From assembly GCA_038198605.1 (NCBI GenBank), contig JBBPZS010000125.1, positions 19,362 through 83,361 on the forward strand: 64,000 nucleotides of DNA. The letters run 5' to 3'. The stretch is from Chthoniobacterales bacterium. GTDB taxonomy: Bacteria > Verrucomicrobiota > Verrucomicrobiia > Chthoniobacterales > UBA10450. The notes under the pieces are model-generated. The model saw only the letters and a program-made list of their open reading frames with translations. It did not search any database and was not told the DNA's origin. The position numbers and the translations under genes are program-made. Shown in pieces: positions 19,202-32,847 of the stretch; position 1 is the first letter of the stretch, and each line of letters begins with the position of its first letter.

Positions 19202-19732
19202 ATGCCTTCCACTCAAATTATCCTCACCGAAAACGTCCCCGGTCTTGGCGCCGAGGCAGACGTCGTCAAAGTGCGTCGCGGTTATGCCCGGAATTTCCTT
19301 CTGCCCACCGGCAAAGCCCATGAAGTCACGCCCCGTGCCATGCGCCAGCTCGATGCCCTGAAAGCCAAGCGGGCGGAGCGCGAAGCGCGCGAATTGAACG
19401 AGGCGGAAGAACTGGCGCGCCGGATCGGGAAACTAAAAGTCACTTTCATCCTCCAGACCGGCGAGACTGGCAAGGCCTTCGGCTCCATCACCGCCAACGA
19501 TCTCGCGGAGCGCCTCAAAAACGAGATCGGTCGCGAGATCGATCGTCATCTCTTTGTTCTTGAGCACCCAATCAAGACGACCGGCGAACACGAAGTGCCG
19601 CTCAAGTTGCACCCGGACGTCAAGGCGGTCTTCAAATTCAACGTCAAATCTTCCGACGAACCAAAACCGGAAGCGCCGGCCGAAGAATCGGCCGACAAGA
19701 CCCGCGGTCCCCGCAAACGCACCACCAAATAG
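19202..19732 (+). CDS. rplI: 50S ribosomal protein L9
   Basis: N-terminus MPSTQIILTENVPGLGAEADVVKVRRGYARNFLLP is typical of L9. Confidence 0.9.
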   Translation: MPSTQIILTENVPGLGAEADVVKVRRGYARNFLLPTGKAHEVTPRAMRQLDALKAKRAEREARELNEAEELARRIGKLKVTFILQTGETGKAFGSITANDLAERLKNEIGREIDRHLFVLEHPIKTTGEHEVPLKLHPDVKAVFKFNVKSSDEPKPEAPAEESADKTRGPRKRTTK

Positions 19733-19737
19733 ATTAA

Positions 19738-21240
19738 ATGCCGAGAAGTCCCCAAGGGAATGAACCCGGGGGGCCTCGCAAGACATCCCCGAACTTTGTC
19801 GGGGCTGACCGAGGCTCGGCAGCGCGGAACGGGGGAAAAGTTATTGACCACTCGTCCGCAGGTTCTCCCGTAGATATTCACCGGGCCCTCCCCCACAGCG
19901 TGGAAGCGGAGCAGGGTGTGCTCGGCTCCATGCTCATCTCGCCGCGCGACGCCATCGCCGAGGTGGTCGAGAAGATCAACGAAAACTATTTCTACATCCC
20001 CGCGCACCAGACGGTTTACACCGTCCTGGTCGATCTTTGGAATGCCGGTCAGGGCATTGACCTGATCACCTTCACGCAGATTCTGCGCGACCGGAACCTG
20101 CTCGACATCATCGGCGGCGCGCCTTTCGTCACCAGCCTCTTCACCTTCGTCCCGACAGCTGCAAACGTCGGTTACTACCTCGAGATCGTTCGCGACAAAT
20201 ATATCCTGCGCGAGATCATCAGCGCCTGCACCGAGGGCGCGCGGCGTTCCTACGAGGAGCAGGATCAGGTCGACAACCTCCTCGACGAAGTAGAACAAAG
20301 AATCTACGCCGTCGGCGAAGACCGGTTCAAGGACCAGGCGCTTTCCATGAAAGACCAGGTCATGGACGCGATCGAGGCGATCGAAAAACTCTACCAGCAG
20401 CACGGCGGCATCACCGGTCTCGCCACTGGCTTCAAGGATCTCGACCGCCTCACCAGCGGCCTGCACCCCTCAGAGATGATCGTCATCGCTGCCCGCCCCA
20501 GCATGGGCAAGACCGCGCTCGCCATGAACATCGCCGAGCACGTGGCGGTGAACGAAAACCGCGCCGTCGCCGTCTTCAGCTTGGAAATGAGTGCGCAGCA
20601 ACTCGTGCAGCGCCTGCTTTGCTCACGCGCCGGGGTTAATTCCCAAAAGGTGCGTGATGGCACTTTCCTGGCCGATCGCGATTTCCCCAAGCTCACCGCC
20701 GCCGCTTCCAAACTGGCCGAAGCCAGATTCTTCATCGACGACAGCCCGGGCCTCAACATCCTCGAACTCCGGGCCAAGGCGCGGCGCCTGAAAGCGCAGC
20801 ACGACATCGAGCTGATCGTGATCGATTACCTCCAGCTCCTGCGTTCCACTTCCCGCCGCGGGCAGGAAAATCGCCAGATCGAGATCTCCGAAATCTCGGC
20901 CGGGATCAAAGGGCTGGCCAAGGAATTGAAAATCCCGATCATCGTCGCCGCCCAGCTCAATCGAAATCCGGAAAATCGCACCGGCGACAGCAAAGGCCGC
21001 CCGCGCCTGAGCGATCTGCGGGAATCCGGCAGCATCGAGCAGGATGCCGACGTCGTCGGTCTTCTCGTTAGGCAGGAATATTACGCCGACACCGAGGAAG
21101 AGAAAGACGAGACCGAAGGCAAAGCCGACCTCATCATCGCCAAGCAGCGCAATGGCCCGACCGGCGACGTCCCCCTCACCTTCCGCAAGGAGTTCACCCG
21201 CTTCGAAGACCGCGCCCGGGAAGAGCGCGAGCCACTCTAA
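19738..21240 (+). CDS. dnaB: replicative DNA helicase
   Basis: LPHSVEAEQGVLGSML N-terminal motif, Walker A GARPSMGKT, and the IVIDYLQLL and SGSIEQDADVV motifs. The start may be further downstream. Confidence 0.9.
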   Translation: MPRSPQGNEPGGPRKTSPNFVGADRGSAARNGGKVIDHSSAGSPVDIHRALPHSVEAEQGVLGSMLISPRDAIAEVVEKINENYFYIPAHQTVYTVLVDLWNAGQGIDLITFTQILRDRNLLDIIGGAPFVTSLFTFVPTAANVGYYLEIVRDKYILREIISACTEGARRSYEEQDQVDNLLDEVEQRIYAVGEDRFKDQALSMKDQVMDAIEAIEKLYQQHGGITGLATGFKDLDRLTSGLHPSEMIVIAARPSMGKTALAMNIAEHVAVNENRAVAVFSLEMSAQQLVQRLLCSRAGVNSQKVRDGTFLADRDFPKLTAAASKLAEARFFIDDSPGLNILELRAKARRLKAQHDIELIVIDYLQLLRSTSRRGQENRQIEISEISAGIKGLAKELKIPIIVAAQLNRNPENRTGDSKGRPRLSDLRESGSIEQDADVVGLLVRQEYYADTEEEKDETEGKADLIIAKQRNGPTGDVPLTFRKEFTRFEDRAREEREPL

Positions 21241-21309
21241 GGTCGCGCACGCTGCCAGCTTGCATCTTCCTGCCGGCAGATGGGCCGAAAACCGCAAGCT
21301 ATGCTTGCG

Positions 21310-23298
21310 CTAGCCTAACGACTTTGCGGCGTCGATGACGTGCTGGGCGGTGATGCCCAGCTCTTTCAGGACCACGTCGCCGGGGGCGCTGAGCCCGAAA
21401 CGCTGGATTCCGATGATTTTGCCGTCGAGGCCGACGTATTGCGCCCAGATTTGCGGGACGCCGGCTTCGATCGCCACGCGTTTCCTACACTCGTTTGGCA
21501 GGACTTCTTCCCGGTAGCTCTCGGGCTGGCGCTCGAAGCGCTCGAAGCAAGGCATGGAGACGACGCGGGTCCCCTCCCCTAGCTCTTTCGCGGCGGTGAG
21601 GGCGTGCTGGAGCTCGCTCCCGCAGGAAAGGAGGATGAGGTCGAGTTTGCCAGTTTCTTTGCGCGCAATATAGCCGCCTTTGAGGACGCCTTCGCGCCGG
21701 AGCTTGAGGTCGATCTCGCCGAGGAGCGGCACGGCTTGTCTCGTTAGGGCGAGCAAGGTGGGGCCATCGGTCCGCTCGGCCGCGGCGACGAAGGCGCCGG
21801 CGGTCTCCTCGGGGTCGGCCGGGCGGATGACGTCGATCTGCGGCATGACGCGCACGCTGGCCACCGTCTCGACCGGCTCGTGGGTGGGGCCGTCTTCGCC
21901 GACCGCAACCGAGTCGTGGGTGAAGATGTAGAGGTTCGGCAGGCGTGAGAGCGCGGCGAGCCGAATGGCGGCGCGACAGTAATCGGTGAAGACCAAAAAG
22001 GTCGCCCCGGAAGCGCGGAAAACGCCGTGGTAGGCGATGCCGTTCATGATCGCGCACATGCCGTGCTCGCGAATGCCGAAGTGGATGTTGCGGCCGGCCG
22101 GGGTGGTGCGGGTGAAGTCGCCGCCTTCCTTGATGTAGTTCAAGGTGGAGCCGTGCAGATCGGCGCTGCCGCTGATCAGGAACGGCATCGCTTCTGCGAG
22201 CAGCTGGAGCACTTCGCTCCCGGCTTTGCGGGTGGCCAGTTTAGCGTCGTTAGGGAAATTCGGGATCTTTGCGAAGAGATCGGACGGAACTTTCTTGTCG
22301 ATTGCGTCGTCGAGCTGCTGCGCCTTGTCGGCGTTTCTCTTCCGCCACTCCTGGTAGGATTTTTCCCAGCGATCGTATTCCCCGAGCTGGTGCTTTTTGT
22401 GTTCGGCGAAATACTTGGTGACGTCGTCGGAGACGAAATAAGGCTCTTTCGGCAAGCCGAGGCCTTTACGCGCTTCTTCCGCGTATTTGGCGCCGCCTTC
22501 ACCATGCGCCTTGGAGGTGCCGGCGACTTCGGGAATGCCTTTGCCGATGAGGGTGTGGGCGATGATGAACTTCGGTTTACCGTTGTCGGATGACTTCGCG
22601 GTCTCGAGGGCGTCGAGAAAGGCCTGCATGTCCTGGCCATCGACTTCCTGGACGTCGAAGCCGTAGGCGCGGTAGCGCATGGCGGCGTCTTCGCTCTGGG
22701 TAGCCTTGGCCATGGCGTCGAGGGTGACGGCGTTGGAGTCGTAAATGAGGATGAGGTTATCGAGCCCGAAATGGGCGGCGAAGGCGCTGGCCTCGGCGGA
22801 GACGCCTTCCTGGAGGCAGCCGTCGCCGGCGAGGCAGAAGATGTGTTGATCGAAGATGCGGTGCTGGTCGGTATTAAAATGGGCGGCGGCCATCTTCGCG
22901 GCCATGGCGATGCCGACGGAGTTGCCGACGCCCTGGCCGAGCGGGCCGGTGGTGCATTCGACGCCGGGGGTCTCGAAGAACTCGGGGTGGCCCGGCGTCT
23001 TGCTGTGGAGCTGGCGAAAGTTTTTGATTTCCGCCATGGAAATATCGTAGCCGGCGAGGTGCAGCCAGGCGTAATAGAACATGCTGCCGTGCCCGGCGGA
23101 GAGGACGAAGTAATCGCGATTGATCCAGCGCGGCTGATCGGGGTTGTACTTGAGCGAGTAGCCGTAGAGAACGGCGCCCATCTCAGCGCAGCCGAGCGGG
23201 AGACCGAGGTGCCCGGATTGCGACGCGTGCACGGCATCGATGGCGAGACCGCGGGCCTGGTTAGCAGCTTGGGAAAGGACTTCGAGATTGAGGCTCAT
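21310..23298 (-). CDS. tkt: transketolase
   Basis: 662 aa with SGHLG, a [11 protein letters not shown] motif, and typical length and domain order. Confidence 0.95.
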   Translation of the reverse strand: MSLNLEVLSQAANQARGLAIDAVHASQSGHLGLPLGCAEMGAVLYGYSLKYNPDQPRWINRDYFVLSAGHGSMFYYAWLHLAGYDISMAEIKNFRQLHSKTPGHPEFFETPGVECTTGPLGQGVGNSVGIAMAAKMAAAHFNTDQHRIFDQHIFCLAGDGCLQEGVSAEASAFAAHFGLDNLILIYDSNAVTLDAMAKATQSEDAAMRYRAYGFDVQEVDGQDMQAFLDALETAKSSDNGKPKFIIAHTLIGKGIPEVAGTSKAHGEGGAKYAEEARKGLGLPKEPYFVSDDVTKYFAEHKKHQLGEYDRWEKSYQEWRKRNADKAQQLDDAIDKKVPSDLFAKIPNFPNDAKLATRKAGSEVLQLLAEAMPFLISGSADLHGSTLNYIKEGGDFTRTTPAGRNIHFGIREHGMCAIMNGIAYHGVFRASGATFLVFTDYCRAAIRLAALSRLPNLYIFTHDSVAVGEDGPTHEPVETVASVRVMPQIDVIRPADPEETAGAFVAAAERTDGPTLLALTRQAVPLLGEIDLKLRREGVLKGGYIARKETGKLDLILLSCGSELQHALTAAKELGEGTRVVSMPCFERFERQPESYREEVLPNECRKRVAIEAGVPQIWAQYVGLDGKIIGIQRFGLSAPGDVVLKELGITAQHVIDAAKSLG

Positions 23299-23318
23299 CG
23301 GGAGAGTCTAGGGGAAAA

Positions 23319-23390
23319 TTTCGAAATCCGAATATCGAAATCCGAAACAACGGGAAGAAATATCGAAATCCGAATGCCGAAATCCGAATC
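23319..23390. repeat. GAAATCCGAA-unit repeat (same family as 4768-4921), direct copies only
   Basis: ttcgaaatccgaatatcgaaatccgaaac ... atcgaaatccgaatgccgaaatccgaatc. It lies between the tkt start and the deacetylase stop. Confidence 0.7.
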
Positions 23391-23396
23391 GGGCCT

Positions 23397-24668
23397 TTAC
23401 TTCTTCGGAGTGGCGGCCGGGGATGCGACGCCCGCGGGGGCGTCTTTCGCTTTCACCGCAGCTTCCTTGAGGGTGAAGGTCCAGTGGGCTTCGGCTTTGC
23501 GCTCGCCGATCTTGGCTTCCACGATGACGGCACAGGAATCGCCGTGCAGCGGCTGTGTCACCTGGTAGGTCAGCATCTTGGTCGCGGGATCATATTTCGC
23601 CGGGACGACGCCGAGGCCGCTGACGCGCATTTTGACCGAGCCGGGCTCGATCCCGCCGATGGCGCCGAGGTTGGCCTTGATCATGGGCTTGTTGCTCGCG
23701 GTCGAGCCGTCGGCCGGCTCGGGGTTGATGCTGCCGAGCGGGATTTCTTCCGCGCCGGAACCGCCGCTGCTGGAGGAACCGCCGAAGTTAATCGCAGTCT
23801 CGAAGACCTTGGGCTTGTTCGCCTCGATCACGTAGCGGCCGAGGGCTTCGTTAGGCGAGCTATAGGTCAGCTTCTGGCCGTAAACGGTAAAGACGGCTTC
23901 GAAACGCGCTTTCTTCGTCGCCTCCTTCACCACGTCGTTGTAGTAGCCGAAGGGGTAGGCAAAGCAGTTCACCCGGATGCCGAGCTTCTGCTCGAGAGTG
24001 GCCTTGGAGCCGCCGACCTCGCTGTTGAGCCACTCGTCGTATTCCTGCGGGTTGAGGTGTTTGCGTGCGGTCGATTTGTCGGCCGCCTTACGCAGATCCT
24101 GGTGAGTGGCGCTATGCGCCTGGATGTCGACGCCGGCATCGCGCATCTCGGCTAGTTGCTCCCAGCTCATGGCCGCGCCGCCACCGTATTTCCCGCCTTT
24201 GATGCCCTCGGTGTAAATGAAGAGGGTGAAGGGATATTTGTATTTCTTCAGGATCGGCCAGGCGACTTCGTAGCCGGACTTGTAGCCGTCGTCGATGGTG
24301 ACGATGGCGGCGCGCGACGGGATCGCTTTTTCGCCCCGCTTGTAGGCGAGAAAATCCTGCATACCGATGACGGGGATTTTCTTGTCCTGCAACTCCTTCA
24401 TCTGGGCCTCGAAAGCCTCGGGGGTGATCTCGGTGTCGGGCCGGCGGACTTTATTTTCGAAGCGGTGATAGCCGAAAACGACGACTTCGGAGCTCTGGTC
24501 AATGGCCGGCTTGGAAGGGGTCGGCTGGGGGGTGGGCTTGGCCGCGATCGCCACGGTCGGGGCGACGCTCGGGGTGGGTCCGGCGGCTTTAGCCGACTTG
24601 CTGCCCTTTTTGCAACCTCCTAAAACGAGGCCGCAGAGGAGCAAAAGAATGATGAAATAATTGCGCAT
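23397..24668 (-). CDS. polysaccharide deacetylase family lipoprotein
   Basis: Lipoprotein signal MRNYFIILLLLCGLVLGGC, and a NodB-like block (TIDDGYKSGY...HSATHQDL). The longer ORF upstream is antisense to the amidase gene. Confidence 0.8.
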   Translation of the reverse strand: MRNYFIILLLLCGLVLGGCKKGSKSAKAAGPTPSVAPTVAIAAKPTPQPTPSKPAIDQSSEVVVFGYHRFENKVRRPDTEITPEAFEAQMKELQDKKIPVIGMQDFLAYKRGEKAIPSRAAIVTIDDGYKSGYEVAWPILKKYKYPFTLFIYTEGIKGGKYGGGAAMSWEQLAEMRDAGVDIQAHSATHQDLRKAADKSTARKHLNPQEYDEWLNSEVGGSKATLEQKLGIRVNCFAYPFGYYNDVVKEATKKARFEAVFTVYGQKLTYSSPNEALGRYVIEANKPKVFETAINFGGSSSSGGSGAEEIPLGSINPEPADGSTASNKPMIKANLGAIGGIEPGSVKMRVSGLGVVPAKYDPATKMLTYQVTQPLHGDSCAVIVEAKIGERKAEAHWTFTLKEAAVKAKDAPAGVASPAATPKK

Positions 24669-24783
24669 AGCTTGAAGCGTAGCCATCCGGTGAGAGCGCG
24701 AAAAACACAAGCGATTTCGGCGCAATTGGCGGAAGTTTCCCCGCTTTTCATTGCTCGGCACACGAATCGCTTTATCTATCTCC

Positions 24784-25485
24784 ATGCCGCGTTTGCCCAG
24801 CTTCCTCGCCGCGCTTTCCCTGGCGGGCACTCTGCTGCTCGGCGGCTGTGCCACGGTCGCGACCAATACGAGCCAGACGTTCGATACCGTGGTGGTGGAC
24901 GCCGGCCATGGCGGCAAGGACAGCGGTGCCTCGCGCCGGCACAGCCCGCCGGAAAAGGTCGTGGCGCTCGATGTCGCGTTGCGCGTGAACCGCAAGCTTC
25001 AGGAGTCGCAATTAAAGACGGTCCTGACGCGCGACAACGACACCTTTATTCCGCTCGACCGCCGGGTCGCGCTCGGCAATCAACAAAAAAATTCGATCTT
25101 CGTCAGCATCCATTTCAACGACTCGCGCCGGCGCGGGATCGAGGGGGTGGAAACGTATTACCATTCGCCCTATGCCTTCGCCCTGGCCTCCAGGATCGAG
25201 CGCTCGTTGCTCGCGCTGCCGGGGACGGTGAATCGCGGCGTGCACACGGCGCGTTTCCGCGTCCTGCGCAATGCGCAATATCCTTCTGTGCTGGTGGAAT
25301 GCGGCTACCTGAGCAACCGCTCGGAAGCGCGCGAAGTGGCCGGCGCGGCTTATCGCGAACAACTCGCCGACAAGATCGCGGAGGCGATCGTGGATTACCG
25401 CTACGGCGAGGGCGTTTATCGGAGACGGTCGGCGCTGGCGCGCGCGGGTGGCGGCGGAGCGTCGTTTCTGCCGAGCTTTCGCTAG
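24784..25485 (+). CDS. N-acetylmuramoyl-L-alanine amidase (Amidase_3) lipoprotein
   Basis: Lipobox LLLGGC, VVVDAGHGGKDSGA, IFVSIHFN, and ECGYLSN motifs. Confidence 0.85.
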   Translation: MPRLPSFLAALSLAGTLLLGGCATVATNTSQTFDTVVVDAGHGGKDSGASRRHSPPEKVVALDVALRVNRKLQESQLKTVLTRDNDTFIPLDRRVALGNQQKNSIFVSIHFNDSRRRGIEGVETYYHSPYAFALASRIERSLLALPGTVNRGVHTARFRVLRNAQYPSVLVECGYLSNRSEAREVAGAAYREQLADKIAEAIVDYRYGEGVYRRRSALARAGGGGASFLPSFR

Positions 25486-26873
25486 AACTCGATCCCGCGT
25501 TGCTCGCGGCCGATGGCGGCGAGGACGATGAGGGCCACGAAAACCGCCAAGGTGACGCAGGCCATGGTAAGGGCGTAATTCGGCTCCCCGTTTGGCCTAA
25601 CGAAATGCTCGGCCAGCTTCGCCTGGAGCATGGCGGCATTGGCGGAAAGGAAGTTTCCCATTTGGTAAACCACGCCGGGGAAAGTGCCGCGCCAGGCCGG
25701 CGGCGAGAGTTCGTTCAGGTGCACCGGCACCACGCCCCACGCGCCCTGGACCATGAATTGCATGAAGAAGCCGCCGACGATCAGCAGCGGCAGGGCCGGC
25801 GAAAAGATCCAGACCGGGATGAGCAGAATGCCGAGCACGGCTGCGATGATGATGGTGCGACGGCGCCCCCAGCGTTGCGAATAAAAGCCGAGGATGGTGC
25901 CGCCGCAGATCGCGCCGAGGTTGTAGATGATCGCGATCGGCGCGGTCTGGTTGACGGAAAGCCCACGCTGCTTTTGCAGGAAGGTCGGGTAGAGATCCTG
26001 GGTGCCGTGCGACATGTAATTGAAGGCGGTCATGAGGAGGACGGCGTAGATGAGCAGGCGCCAGTTCTCCCGAATCATGCGGCCCATGCCTAACGACGCC
26101 TCCTTCACGCTGTCGCGTTGCCGTTCCCAAACCGGCGACTCCGGCACATGCGCCCGGATGTAGATGACGAGCAGGGCCGGGAGCGCGCCGACGATGAAAA
26201 GAGCGCGCCAGCCGAAGTGCGGGAAGACGACCCAATAGACGACCGCGGCGAGAAGAAAACCGAACGAGTAACCCTGTTGCAGGACGCCCGAAGCCAGGCC
26301 GCGCGCTTTCGCCGGCAGACTCTCCATCGCGAGCGACGCGCCGAGGCCCCATTCCCCGCCCATGCCGATCCCGTAGAGGGCGCGGAAGATGAGAAAGACG
26401 GTGTAGTTAGGCGAAAAGGCGGTCAGCAACTCCATCAGCGAATAGAAAATGATGTCGACCATGAGCGGCACGCGCCGCCCGAAGCGATCGCCCAGCATGC
26501 CAAAGATGAGCGCACCGAACGGGCGCATCATGAGCGTGAGAGTGATGGCGAAGACGACCTTGACGATCGAGACGGAGAACTCGGCCGCGACTTCCTTTAC
26601 GACAAAGGTGAGAAGGAAGAAATCGAGGGCGTCGAGCGTCCAGCCGAGGAAGCAGGCGAGGAAAGTCTTTCGCTGAACGTCGTTCAGAGACCGAAAGATC
26701 TGCCAGGCTTCCACGAATCGCTTGTAGCGAAGCGGACCGATGCCCGCAATCTTTCTCCTGCTCCTGCTCCTGCTCCTTTCGAGCTCGAGCTCGTGCTCGT
26801 GCTCCCTATCGGCTGGAGGGGGATCAGGATTAGGAGCAAGAGCAGGAGAAAGAACAGGAACAAGAGCACTCAA
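25482..26873 (-). CDS. MFS transporter
   Basis: 12-TM pattern with GMLGDRFGRR between TM2 and TM3. The first ~50 codons are encoded by low-complexity repeat DNA. An alternative GTG start at 26714 is possible. Confidence 0.8.
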   Translation of the reverse strand: MSALVPVLSPALAPNPDPPPADREHEHELELERSRSRSRRKIAGIGPLRYKRFVEAWQIFRSLNDVQRKTFLACFLGWTLDALDFFLLTFVVKEVAAEFSVSIVKVVFAITLTLMMRPFGALIFGMLGDRFGRRVPLMVDIIFYSLMELLTAFSPNYTVFLIFRALYGIGMGGEWGLGASLAMESLPAKARGLASGVLQQGYSFGFLLAAVVYWVVFPHFGWRALFIVGALPALLVIYIRAHVPESPVWERQRDSVKEASLGMGRMIRENWRLLIYAVLLMTAFNYMSHGTQDLYPTFLQKQRGLSVNQTAPIAIIYNLGAICGGTILGFYSQRWGRRRTIIIAAVLGILLIPVWIFSPALPLLIVGGFFMQFMVQGAWGVVPVHLNELSPPAWRGTFPGVVYQMGNFLSANAAMLQAKLAEHFVRPNGEPNYALTMACVTLAVFVALIVLAAIGREQRGIEF

Positions 26874-26887
26874 CGCATTGACGCATC

Positions 26888-28156
26888 ATGATACGTCAAT
26901 TTGTTAGTTGCGAGGAGGGGCGGTTGTCGTTAATTGCTCGCTTCGACGTGCACGCTGCATCCACTCATCCGCTCGCTGCGCTTTTGCGCCAGCGCATCGT
27001 CATCCTCGACGGCGCCATGGGCACGATGGTGCAGCGGCTTAAATTCACCGAGGAACAATTCCGCGGCCGCCGCTTCGCCAATCACCCGGCGAAGAGCCTG
27101 AAGGGCGATCTCGAGCTGCTGCAACTCACCCACCTTGAGGCGATCGAAGAGATTCATCGGCAATATCTCGAGGCCGGCGCGGATGTGATCGAGACCAACA
27201 CTTTCAGCGCCACCACCATTGGCCAACAGGATTTCCTTTTCGCCGGGGAATCGAAAAGCGGACGGAAAGATGAAGCTTTTTTTGAGCGCGTGGTGCACGA
27301 TCCCGAGCTCGTCGCGCTGGCGCAGGAGATGAATCTCGCGGCGGCAAAAATCGCCCGCAAAGCCGCCGATGAATTTACGAACAAAACCGGCTCGTCGCGT
27401 TTCGTCGCGGGAGCGCTCGGTCCGCTGCCGGTGACGGCCTCGCTTTCGCCCGACGTGAACGACCCGAGTTTCCGCGCCGTCACGTTCGACCAAATCCGCC
27501 GTGCCTACGGCGAACAGGCGCGCGCGCTGATCGAAGGCGGAGTCGACGTGCTCTTGGTCGAGACGATCTTCGACACGCTCAACGCCAAGGCCGCGCTCTT
27601 CGCGATCGACGAGGCGTTCTTGGTACTCGGGCGGAAGCTGCCGGTGCTGATCTCGGGCACGATCACCGATCTGTCCGGGCGCACCTTGACCGGCCAAACT
27701 GTCGGCGCGTTTCTCACTTCCATCCTGCACGCCGAGCCGCTGGTGGTGGGATTGAACTGCGCGCTCGGCCCGGCCGAGATGCGGCCGCACGTCGAGGAGA
27801 TGGCGCGGCTCGCGCCCTGTTTCACCAGCGCGTATCCAAATGCCGGACTGCCCGATCCATTGTCGGAGACCGGTTTTCCCGAGACGCCGGAATCGATGGC
27901 GCCGCAGTTGCGCGATTGGGCGCGGAGCGGCTGGCTTAATCTCGTCGGCGGCTGTTGCGGCACGACGCCGGATCACATCCGCGCGATCGCGGCGGCGGTA
28001 CGAGAGTTTTCGCCGCGCGTGCTGCCAACGTGGGAGGGGCCTTTGCGCCCCGATTCCTTCAACTCGCGCCCGCCGGAAGATCGGGACACAAAGGCCCCTC
28101 CCACATTGCCTCTTTCCGGCGTCTCGCCGGAAACAGCGTCGGCACAGACAGGTTAA
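26888..28156 (+). CDS. metH: methionine synthase, homocysteine-binding (S-methyltransferase) domain only; separate ORF
   Basis: ILDGAMGT ... GLNCALGP ... [11 protein letters not shown]. The tail (TWEGPLRPD...KAPPTLP) is translated REP sequence and ends at TAA 28154-28156. The start may be GTG 26948. Confidence 0.85.
   Translation: MIRQFVSCEEGRLSLIARFDVHAASTHPLAALLRQRIVILDGAMGTMVQRLKFTEEQFRGRRFANHPAKSLKGDLELLQLTHLEAIEEIHRQYLEAGADVIETNTFSATTIGQQDFLFAGESKSGRKDEAFFERVVHDPELVALAQEMNLAAAKIARKAADEFTNKTGSSRFVAGALGPLPVTASLSPDVNDPSFRAVTFDQIRRAYGEQARALIEGGVDVLLVETIFDTLNAKAALFAIDEAFLVLGRKLPVLISGTITDLSGRTLTGQTVGAFLTSILHAEPLVVGLNCALGPAEMRPHVEEMARLAPCFTSAYPNAGLPDPLSETGFPETPESMAPQLRDWARSGWLNLVGGCCGTTPDHIRAIAAAVREFSPRVLPTWEGPLRPDSFNSRPPEDRDTKAPPTLPLSGVSPETASAQTG
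28028..28109. repeat. REP doublet (TGGGAGGGGCCTTTGCGCCCCGAT family) inside the metH interdomain linker
   Basis: Arms 28028-28054 and 28079-28109 are inverted copies. Same family as 30976-31047. Confidence 0.85.
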
Positions 28157-28158
28157 CG

Positions 28159-30975
<2,817 letters not shown>

Positions 30976-31047
30976 AATGTGGGAGGGGCCTTTGTGCCCC
31001 GATCCCCTTCCGAAATGATCGGGGCGCACAGGCCCCTCCCACATTGC
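30976..31047. repeat. REP doublet between the convergent metH and ClC genes
   Basis: aatgtgggaggggcctttgtgccccgat ... gatcggggcgcacaggcccctcccacattgc; near-perfect hairpin. Confidence 0.9.
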
Positions 31048-32758
31048 TAGTGCGTGCTGCGCACGGCGAGCGTCTCCTGCGCCCGCAGCAGATCGTGCAG
31101 GGTGATGATGCCGGCCGGTTTATCGCCCGCGAGCAGAACGGCAAATCCGCCCGGCGCTTCGATCAGGATTCGCGCCACTTCGCCAATGGTGTGGCTGCGT
31201 TTGCAGACGGCCGCCTTCTCGAGCACGGGCGCACGATTTTCCGCCAGTGCCGCCGCCGCTTCCGTGCGCGCGAGGCAACCGGCGAGCAGTTCGCACTCAA
31301 CCACCGGGAAACGTTTGAACTGATTTTTTTTCAGAACCGCCCGCAGATTTTCCGGGGCGAGGTTGTTGACTACGACCGGCCGAAAGTTGGCGATGGCGGA
31401 AACGGGATAGGCCTGCCAGCTGCGTAAATCCCGCGGCGGGATGACGTGGACGAGGACGTTGCCATCCTGGGCCAGGACTTCGTCGTAGAAATTGTGCGTC
31501 GTTAGGCCACGGGAGATCGCCTCGCTCACGAGCGCGCCGAGCATGAGCGCGGGGACGAGCGAAAACTGATGGGTCATTTCAAAAACAATCATGATCGAAG
31601 TGAACGGCGCCCTAACGACGGCGCTGAGGCAGGCGCTCATCCCGATAATGGCAAGGAGGGTCTGGCCATCGTGGGTGAGCGGGAGGACATAGCTGAAGAG
31701 GCCGGCAACGGTGCCACCGGCCGCGGCGCCGAGGAAAAGGAGCGGAGCGAAGATGCCACCACAGCCGCCCCAGCCGTAGCAGGCCACGGTGGAAATCCAT
31801 TTCGCGCCCAGGAGAGCGGCAATGACCAGCCACGGGACTCACCGTGAAGGAGCGCGGAAAGGTCGTCGTAGCCGAGCCCGAAAACGCCGAGATGACCCGA
31901 CCAAAGAAAGATGGCCACCCCAAACATCCAGACCGTGAGTCCGCCAAAGAGCGGATGGGTCCAGCGCGGAAGGCCGTTCCAATTCTTGGAGAAAAGGCGC
32001 AGGCGCAGGGTGGCGCGCTGAAAAGCGATCCCGACGACTGAAGCAAAAGCGGAGGCGAGCGGCACCCCGATGTAGGCGCGCCAGGTAGCGCCTTCGATCT
32101 GCGGGAGAAGGAAGGCGGGATTTTTCCCGATGATGGCGTGGACGGCAAAGGCGCCAAGGACGGAAGCGAGAATGACGCTGCCGACGAGCGGGCTGTTCAG
32201 GTCGTGCACGATTTCCTCGAGCACGAAGGTGATGGCAGCGAGCGGAGTGTTGAAAGCCGCAGCCAAACCGGCGGCGGCACCGGCCGCCGCCGGACGATGT
32301 CGACGTTGTTTCGGCACACCGAGGGCGCCACTCAACTCCGAAGCCACACCACCGGCGATGAAAACGGACGGACCTTCACGCCCAAGGCTCATCCCGCCGC
32401 CGACATGGAGCAGCCCCGCGCAGAACTTGACCAGAACGGTCCGCATCCTAACGAGTCCGAAATCCTGCCAGAAGGCGAACTTAAGCTGGGGAATACCGCT
32501 GCCGGCCGCGTTCTGGTCGACGCGAAACATGAGCCAGCCTCCGCCTAACGAGCAGACCACGACTACGGCGAGAGTGCCGAGAAGGAAAACAGTCAGGGTG
32601 CGGTGGGAAAGCGCAACGAAGGTCGAGAGATAGACCCAGTTGATCCCGAGCTCGAAAGAGACGGCGGCGAGGCCTCCGGCGAGACCGTAGATCGCGGTGA
32701 GGAGGATGGACCGGCTGGATTCTGGAAGACGCTGGAATTGCCGGGCAAGAATGGACAC
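31047..32758 (-). pseudogene. ClC-type chloride channel with C-terminal CBS domains, interrupted by a frameshift
   Basis: ORF 31637-32758 carries GREGP. ORF 31047-31787 carries GGIFAP plus CBS-like domains. The frames switch near 31830-31845 (…ALLHGES / PWLVIAALLGAKW…). Confidence 0.75.
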
Positions 32759-32847
32759 GGTGCCCTGCCACTAAACCTGGTCGAAGCGGTTTGGCACGGA
32801 CTTTTCCTGCCGGCCCGGTCCGACCCAGGCGCCGCCGCGGAAGCCGC

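Noticed and set aside
21485-23568. Alternative-frame and antisense ORFs over tkt (for example 22176-23237, 353 aa, and 22771-23568).
   Set aside because: These are Pro/Arg/Ala/Ser-rich translations typical of off-frame reading of high-GC coding DNA. The transketolase frame is unambiguous.
24672-26093. 473-aa plus-strand ORF spanning the amidase gene and the antisense strand of the MFS gene.
   Set aside because: It is an Arg/Gly-rich off-frame product that overlaps two genes with clear family motifs.
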